Below, piece after piece: positions 18,785-24,247 of a stretch of 24,247 nt of DNA. Made by a program: the position numbers and the translations under genes. The stretch's first letter is position 1, and every line of letters begins with the position of its first letter. The notes under the pieces were generated by a model. The model did not search any database. It saw only the letters and a list, made by a program, of their open reading frames with translations, and was not told the origin of the DNA. The stretch is from Oligoflexales bacterium (GTDB taxonomy: Bacteria > Bdellovibrionota_B > Oligoflexia > Oligoflexales > Bog-1112), in contig JBGCDR010000252.1 in assembly GCA_045105515.1 (NCBI GenBank), forward strand, positions 1 through 24,247, written 5' to 3'.

Positions 18785-19062
18785 ATAAAACTCCTCAGAA
18801 TATGTCCCTACACAACAGTGCACCTAACCATATCCATATTATGGGATTATGCTTAAATGTAAAAGTGCAGACGTTACCTCACTAACAGGTGATCTAAAAA
18901 ATCCAATTTCAGGTTCACTAGTCAAATACCATTTTACTTGAGTAATCAATTGGAGTGCTATTAATAGGAAAAATAGACATAGCTGTACTAAAAAAAATCT
19001 ATTTTATTAGGCGAGGCAAATGCTTACTAGGAAAAGATGCACACAATTACAACCATAACTAG

Positions 19063-20280
19063 TTAAGTGGAAAAAATTTCGTAGAATTCTAAAGCGATGA
19101 TAAGGAAGGTAAATGCGATCATAGCACCTAGAGTAAATTTGCCGCCTTTAGGTGGTTTTGCATTGGCATATCTAAATTTATAACAAGCAATCCAAAATGT
19201 GATAATTGGAAAAAGCCCGTTCAAGAGCGCTTCTCCAAAGCCTGCTGCATAACCGAAAACTGTGACAAATAGATTCGGGTAAGAATATGCAATTGTTAAA
19301 GGAGGAAGTACAGTTGCTAAGCTTAGACTGACTCTGTTAATACCATGAGGGCGTATACCGCTAGTATCACCTAAGAAATCTACCATTGAAAAAGAAACTC
19401 CAACTAAAGATGTTATGATGGCGAATGCGGTAAAACTAAATGCCAATGACTTTAACAGCGAGGAGTGAGTGACTTGAAAAAGCGCCTCAATGATTGGTAT
19501 GCCTCCGGACTCATTTGCGCTTTGTAAAATATCTGATGGAACACTACCAAGTGTGAGCCACTGCCAAATGCTATAAACCACTAAGGGTATCAAAGTTCCA
19601 ATCACTATTGCTTGTTTGATTCTTTTGCGGTCCTTTTTTAGGTAATAGACCAAAGAGGGTATCACATTGTGAAAACCATAAGCTCCAATCATTATGGGGA
19701 TAGGCGTGGAAAAATACTTCCAATTGCTTTGATTTAGTAAATCACTTTCAACATTGCTCGATCCGAGTCCAACAAATCCTAAGAAGCATACCACAAGACC
19801 AATCATCATGAGGAAATTTACACGGTCGATCCATGCAGTACCGAGGGCAACGAGAACAAAGATAAATGCACCAAATCCAATAAAAGTACTAGTTTCAGGC
19901 AACTGCATTGGGTGAGCTGTGAAAAAACTGTTGATTATATTTTGAAAGCAGGGCACACCTCCTGAAAAATAGGAGACTAAAAGGCATTCGTAAAGAAACA
20001 AAAATAATAGAATTACAATATATTTTCCTATTTTACCTAAATAGTTTTCAGCGATAGATGAAAGATGAACCTCATTTTTTTTTGACCAAATACAGACATC
20101 CATAAGAAATAGGCCAGTTAACATTGTAAAAAGCCAACATATTATGTTGCTGACAAGAGATGGATAAAAACCAGAACTACTACTAATAGATGGAAGTGCA
20201 AGCATTCCTCCACCTATACTGGAGCCACAAATGATAAATGCGGAGCCCAATACGCCTCCAGACTCTTTTTGTTCTCTCAT
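19063..20280 (-). CDS. Aromatic amino acid permease, HAAAP (TyrP/Mtr/TnaB) family
   Basis: GSSIGGGMLALP, YGFHNVIPSL, IGTLIPLVVY and AIITSLVGVS motifs; about 11 TM helices. Confidence 0.92.
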   Translation of the reverse strand: MREQKESGGVLGSAFIICGSSIGGGMLALPSISSSSGFYPSLVSNIICWLFTMLTGLFLMDVCIWSKKNEVHLSSIAENYLGKIGKYIVILLFLFLYECLLVSYFSGGVPCFQNIINSFFTAHPMQLPETSTFIGFGAFIFVLVALGTAWIDRVNFLMMIGLVVCFLGFVGLGSSNVESDLLNQSNWKYFSTPIPIMIGAYGFHNVIPSLVYYLKKDRKRIKQAIVIGTLIPLVVYSIWQWLTLGSVPSDILQSANESGGIPIIEALFQVTHSSLLKSLAFSFTAFAIITSLVGVSFSMVDFLGDTSGIRPHGINRVSLSLATVLPPLTIAYSYPNLFVTVFGYAAGFGEALLNGLFPIITFWIACYKFRYANAKPPKGGKFTLGAMIAFTFLIIALEFYEIFST

Positions 20281-20330
20281 ACCGACCTTCTCTAGCTGGG
20301 GATTTTTTTATTTTTTGTTTTAAGTAAATT

Positions 20331-20633
20331 TTATGTAGCATCTAAATTTTTATTTACCATCTCAAGAGCTTCTTTATAGCCACCATGCCCATTTTCCATG
20401 AACCGAGCTACTCTCGTGATAGTTGCAGTGCTGACACCAGTTAACTCATTGATTTTTCGATAAGGTATTTTTTGTTCAAGCATTAGAGCCACCTGCCATC
20501 TTCCGACCATAGCGCCTAGCTCGCTTGGGGTACATAAATCTTTGAAAAACCGGGCACAGGTTTCAGCATCTTCAAATTTTATGATTGCCTTACAAAGTTT
20601 CAGTAAACGGCTTTTGTCATTGTTGGCTTCCAT
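20331..20633 (-). CDS. TrpR-like (YerC/YecD family) transcriptional repressor
   Basis: FFKDLCTPSEL..M..RWQVA.ML....YRKI...TGVSTATITRVAR....G.GGY, characteristic of the YerC/YecD family. Confidence 0.92.
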   Translation of the reverse strand: MEANNDKSRLLKLCKAIIKFEDAETCARFFKDLCTPSELGAMVGRWQVALMLEQKIPYRKINELTGVSTATITRVARFMENGHGGYKEALEMVNKNLDAT

Positions 20634-20654
20634 ATTAGAACCTCATGCTAAACG

Positions 20655-20692
20655 TGTTTTAGCGTGATAGCACAGTTAACTGCTCGTGTAAA
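20655..20692 (-). promoter_or_regulatory. Promoter (TTTACA-17-TATCAC, extended -10) overlapped by a 20-bp palindromic operator at 20655-20674
   Basis: The minus strand reads TTTACA cgagcagttaactgtgc TATCAC. The dyad TGTTTTAGCGTGATAGCACA (TGTnnTAnCnnGnTAnnACA, 12/20 symmetric) covers the -10 box and the expected start site. Confidence 0.6.
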
Positions 20693-20874
20693 CTAATAGT
20701 GCGAGGGCAAATGACTTGGAAACTATTCTAAATTTCTTTCCAAGCGCTTATTATTATGTGATTTTGCATTGCTCTAAAATCCTTCATCTATTTTTGACGG
20801 TCTGCGCTAGTTTTAAGACAAAATATATGCTAGTAGCTTATTTCTATTGTTAAAGGGCAATAAGGATATTAACT

Positions 20875-21333
20875 GTGAGCGAAAAATTACCAGATCATGA
20901 CCCAGTAGTGGTTCAACTCAGTGATTGGTTCAAGGAGAATGACGAGGAGGCTGTATGCTTGCTTCCTCAGAACCTTTCAGAATCTTTACTAGCAGATTTA
21001 TCCAAGCAAGCAAAAGCTTGCTTGGGACAGGAAGGAAATGCCCCAGCTCCGCTGGTTGCAGTTGGCTTAATAGTCAGCAATGGTAAATCTCGCTTTGAGG
21101 CGTCTAGAGAGCAGCTTGCTGTAGGAGTCAAAGCTTATAGCTTCAATGTGGTCGTGGAAAGTCTAAGAAGAAGCAACTTACTAACTTTTGAAAAAGAGTT
21201 TGATAGTGAGAATGTGCTAGATATGGCGTTTGAACGTGAATTCAAGTTGACAGATCTTGGCAGACAAGCAGCAACTCAGGCAGGTTCAGAATTGAATTCA
21301 CTCTTTAACCCTGGGAAGTCGCTAGCCACCTGA
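20875..21333 (+). CDS. Hypothetical protein
   Basis: 152-aa ORF with GTG start after TAAGGA and protein-like composition; no motif recognised. Confidence 0.7.
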   Translation: MSEKLPDHDPVVVQLSDWFKENDEEAVCLLPQNLSESLLADLSKQAKACLGQEGNAPAPLVAVGLIVSNGKSRFEASREQLAVGVKAYSFNVVVESLRRSNLLTFEKEFDSENVLDMAFEREFKLTDLGRQAATQAGSELNSLFNPGKSLAT

Positions 21334-21648
21334 TCTTACTATTTTTTTTCCGAGAGATTTAAAAATCTCTTCGATCTTGTCTCGCATGTCCCCACTGAAG
21401 TGAATAGAAGCATCTTTAAAACTTCCTCCACAAGCTAATTTTGCTTGCAGGTCTTTCATCAGTTGCTTTGCTTCGTTTTCTTCGAAGGGGAGGTTAAACA
21501 AGATCGTTACCTGCTTGCCTCCTCTTCCTTTTTTTTCGAGTCTAATTTTGGTAGGTCCTGGACTTTTTTGGTATTTTTGACTCTTTGTACTCTTGGATCC
21601 CTTTTTGATCTTACCTTTTGCGCTTGAATAGACTAAGTCATCGCTCAT
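21322..21648 (-). CDS. yciH: Translation initiation factor SUI1 family protein (YciH)
   Basis: LVYSS...IRLEKKGRGGKQVT...L..KLACGGSFKD...GD.R...SGG. Probable ATG start at 21648. Confidence 0.9.
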   Translation of the reverse strand: MSDDLVYSSAKGKIKKGSKSTKSQKYQKSPGPTKIRLEKKGRGGKQVTILFNLPFEENEAKQLMKDLQAKLACGGSFKDASIHFSGDMRDKIEEIFKSLGKKIVRSGG

Positions 21649-21775
21649 ATCACACACTCTACAAGTACTTTTAGGAATGAGGAAAGATTTTTGACTTTCC
21701 AGTTTGTCATTTGCAGAGTGTATACTAAGCTCACTGGGATTGTTAAGTAAATTGGTTATGAGAAAGTGAAGAGCG

Positions 21776-23125
21776 ATGAAGTTGAGCTTAAATACCTTAA
21801 ATCAGGAGCCCAAGTACCTAGCGGCATTGCGCATCATCGATCAACTCTCCGAAAATGGTTATATGGCATTTTTGGTAGGTGGTTGCGTAAGAGATCGACA
21901 TATGGGTTTTAAGCCTTTAGATTATGATATTGCATGCGATGCATTGCCTGAACAGGTATCAGCAGTTTTTGCTAAAAAACCTTTTAAAGTCGTTCCTACC
22001 GGCCTTGAGCATGGAACCATGACAGTCGTGTTCCATGCCCACGCATATGAGCTTACTACCTTGCGCAAAGATGTTGAAACTGATGGCCGCCATGCCAAGG
22101 TAACGTTTGGCTCTAGCCTTGAGGAAGATGCAGCCCGCAGGGATTTTACCATGAATGCCATGTTTGAAAGTCGAACTGGTGAGGTTAAGGACTTCTTTAA
22201 TGGGCGTGAGCACATAGCACGAAAGCAGTTGATTTTTGTTGGCGAAGCAACGGAACGCATTCAAGAAGATTACTTACGGATTATGCGTTTTTTTCGGTTT
22301 AAAACTCGTTTTAACATGACATCAGACAAGAAGACCCTCGATGCTATCAAGATTCACCATGAAGGCTTAAAAGACATTTCTAGTGAGCGGATCACTAAGG
22401 AGATGTGGGGACTATTGTCCTGTAGAGAAGTACAGGATGATTTTCGCGCAATAGTGGATACTAAAGTAATGCCACTAATTTTTGCAAAGGTTGATCCGAA
22501 AGGAGTCGTTTTTTCTCACAATGAAAACCTCAGAGATCTTGGAAAGCTAGGTTCTCTTAATATTTCTAGCAATGAGCTTGCCTATGCGCGTTTAGCCTTT
22601 ATTTGTCTCAGAAGTGGGCAAAAGACCCTTGGTTTTAAGGACTGGGATGAGAAAAAACTCATTGCTATTTTGAAGGGATTTCGTTTGTCGAATGCTCAAG
22701 TGCAAAAGACATTAGGAGCTATTGTAGCCTTTAAGGAGCTTCCTTTTCTGCTCCAAGTAGATGTTGCTGAAAACTTACTTTTTGTTGATAAGTTAGAAGT
22801 CTATGGAGGAAAAGGGGTTGCGACGGAATTCTATTTTCCATTTTGGGCGAATTTTTTTAAGCGTTTTTGCTTTGAAGCTAAACACCAAAACAGTCTTAGA
22901 CGTTTAATGCAAATTGAAGATAGTTTTGGAAAAAGACGGTTGAGTAAACTTCCGATTAACGGAAAGGAAGTCATGCGTGAATTTGCCTTGAATTCAGGAA
23001 CAGAAATTGGGGAAGCACTTAAGTTTCTTAAATTAGCATATCTTAATGGAGAATGGGAAAAACGAGAACAAGGTTTGGTGTGTTTACAGCACTATTTCAA
23101 AGGTAAAGATAAATCAGAGCAATAA
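21776..23125 (+). CDS. cca: CCA tRNA nucleotidyltransferase (class II)
   Basis: VGGCVRD, DYDIA, loop LRKDVETDGRHA, RRDFTMNA and EDYLRIMRFFRF; no poly(A)-polymerase GRRF signature. Confidence 0.9.
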   Translation: MKLSLNTLNQEPKYLAALRIIDQLSENGYMAFLVGGCVRDRHMGFKPLDYDIACDALPEQVSAVFAKKPFKVVPTGLEHGTMTVVFHAHAYELTTLRKDVETDGRHAKVTFGSSLEEDAARRDFTMNAMFESRTGEVKDFFNGREHIARKQLIFVGEATERIQEDYLRIMRFFRFKTRFNMTSDKKTLDAIKIHHEGLKDISSERITKEMWGLLSCREVQDDFRAIVDTKVMPLIFAKVDPKGVVFSHNENLRDLGKLGSLNISSNELAYARLAFICLRSGQKTLGFKDWDEKKLIAILKGFRLSNAQVQKTLGAIVAFKELPFLLQVDVAENLLFVDKLEVYGGKGVATEFYFPFWANFFKRFCFEAKHQNSLRRLMQIEDSFGKRRLSKLPINGKEVMREFALNSGTEIGEALKFLKLAYLNGEWEKREQGLVCLQHYFKGKDKSEQ

Positions 23126-23127
23126 AT

Positions 23128-23985
23128 ATGAATAATCACACTTATTCTTTATTGTTTTGCTTACTCTGGGCTTTGTATGCTTATTCTCCCAATAAACTAA
23201 GTTTTTCATTGAAAGATTGTTGCTTCCCAGCACATGGAAAATATTCAAATAATGTTTATAAACCTGATATTTTCTTAGAATGGGATGTCAATTCTGGTTT
23301 ATCTAGTAATTTACCCGAGAATGTTAGTACAAAAGAGATACCGGAGAAAATCACTTGTAATCAAATTAAGAGAGTCTTTCCAGCTAGGTCAGTGGAGGTG
23401 TGGGATAGTAGTATAGCTTCGCTTAAAATTCTTGAGAAAGTACTCATAGAGTGGATAGAACTGGCTGATAAATTAGGTAAGCAAGTTGTTTTTCTTGAGT
23501 CTGTAAAGATCAACAAGATGTTACTTGAGTCCATTAAAGAGTGTCTGCAGGCTAATATTGATGAGAAATCCAAACTTGAAATTAACCAATTTTCCGTATT
23601 TTTGGTCGCTGTTCTCCAAGGTGAAGTTCATGGACTTGCTTTGCTAAGTAGAAATAGCAAGCAACTTTATACACGTAAAATAGAGTATTTGTCTGTTGCT
23701 CCTTATAATTTGGACAAATATTCTGATAAATCATTTCGCTATGTTGGTAGCTCTATTGTAGAAAAGTCCTTGGAATTATCTGAAACGATAACTATAGAGC
23801 CGGGAAATAAAGGCTCCGCTGTTGCTTATGAAAAAATGGGTTTTATCACACTCAAACTTGACGAATGCTCTAAAGAAGAGTTTGGAATTGGAGCATTATT
23901 TGGCAGTTCTGCCCATAAACTTATACAAAGACTTAGCAAATTGCGTGAAGTAGATCATATGAAATATCGCCGAAAATTTTTTTGA
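23128..23985 (+). CDS. Hypothetical protein with a C-terminal GNAT-like domain and a signal-like N-terminus
   Basis: IEYLSVAPYN...FRYVGSSIVE (motif A-like) and AVAYEKMGF (motif B-like); hydrophobic LLFCLLWALYA at the N-terminus; starts 2 nt after the cca stop. Confidence 0.6.
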   Translation: MNNHTYSLLFCLLWALYAYSPNKLSFSLKDCCFPAHGKYSNNVYKPDIFLEWDVNSGLSSNLPENVSTKEIPEKITCNQIKRVFPARSVEVWDSSIASLKILEKVLIEWIELADKLGKQVVFLESVKINKMLLESIKECLQANIDEKSKLEINQFSVFLVAVLQGEVHGLALLSRNSKQLYTRKIEYLSVAPYNLDKYSDKSFRYVGSSIVEKSLELSETITIEPGNKGSAVAYEKMGFITLKLDECSKEEFGIGALFGSSAHKLIQRLSKLREVDHMKYRRKFF

Positions 23986-24201
23986 GATTTTGTCTATCAT
24001 TCCATTTTAGCTCTTAAAAAAAAGTGGGTAATATAATCATGCTTTATTAGGATTGTTAAGATTTTGTCTATTTTATCTATAAGCAATTCTAAGCTGAAAC
24101 TAATTAAATGTATAGGAATTTCAATAACTGATTGGCGGGATTTATCGTTGTAATTTTAAGGGTTTTTAAATTAAGTATTGCCCGATTATTTTTAGGTTGT
24201 C

Positions 24202-24247
24202 ATGAAACTTTTCCTCCGTTTTTGTGATTGCTCTTCCATAATTTTTG
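24202..24247 (+). CDS. Possible 5' start of a gene running off the window (MKLFLRFCDCSSIIF...)
   Basis: ATG preceded by AGG and open to the window end; only 15 codons are visible. Confidence 0.3.
   Translation, partial: MKLFLRFCDCSSIIF

Noticed and set aside
19056..19065. TAACTAGTTA palindrome resembling part of the E. coli trp operator
   Set aside because: It coincides with the permease stop codon, is only 10 bp and is not at a promoter; likely chance.
21776..23125. Poly(A) polymerase (pcnB) assignment
   Set aside because: It lacks the [LIV][LIV]G[RK]RF PAP signature and has a CCA-type loop.
1539..23573. Many short antisense or alternative-frame ORFs (e.g. 1539, 2554, 5558, 6326, 7778-9048, 11528, 12152, 13286, 16315-18359, 21445, 21922, 21959, 23361)
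   Set aside because: They overlap well-supported genes and show no recognisable motifs.
1..24247. CRISPR arrays, tRNA/rRNA genes, long DNA repeats, prophage or known defence genes
   Set aside because: None were recognised by eye. Intergenic regions are short and show no regularly spaced repeats or cloverleaf motifs.

Overview
Bacterial chromosomal window with no rRNA, tRNA or CRISPR array recognised. The abundance of orphan lipoproteins, a CheX-like gene and a CheW-less CheA-type kinase suggests Bdellovibrionota/Oligoflexia; this is an inference only. From left to right: (1) the 3' tail of an IS5-family transposase that the ORF track missed; (2) about 5 kb of exported orphan proteins, namely two alpha/beta hydrolases, three lipoproteins (one with a frameshifted signal peptide, one with a tandem 6-Cys domain) and a small secreted protein; (3) an NSS transporter, 2Fe-2S ferredoxin, gor, sppA, a YqeY-family gene, a FadL/TraF-like beta-barrel, DUF547 and thrS; (4) a translationally coupled CheX-like + PAS-PAS-Hpt-HATPase signalling pair; (5) a TrpR/YerC-like repressor + HAAAP amino-acid permease operon with a palindromic operator over its own -10 box; (6) a hypothetical gene, yciH/SUI1, a CCA-adding enzyme and a GNAT-like protein with a signal-like N-terminus. 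The best candidates for under-described biology are the receptor-less CheA/CheX-like module, the YerC-permease mini-regulon and the lipase + Cys-repeat lipoprotein pair.
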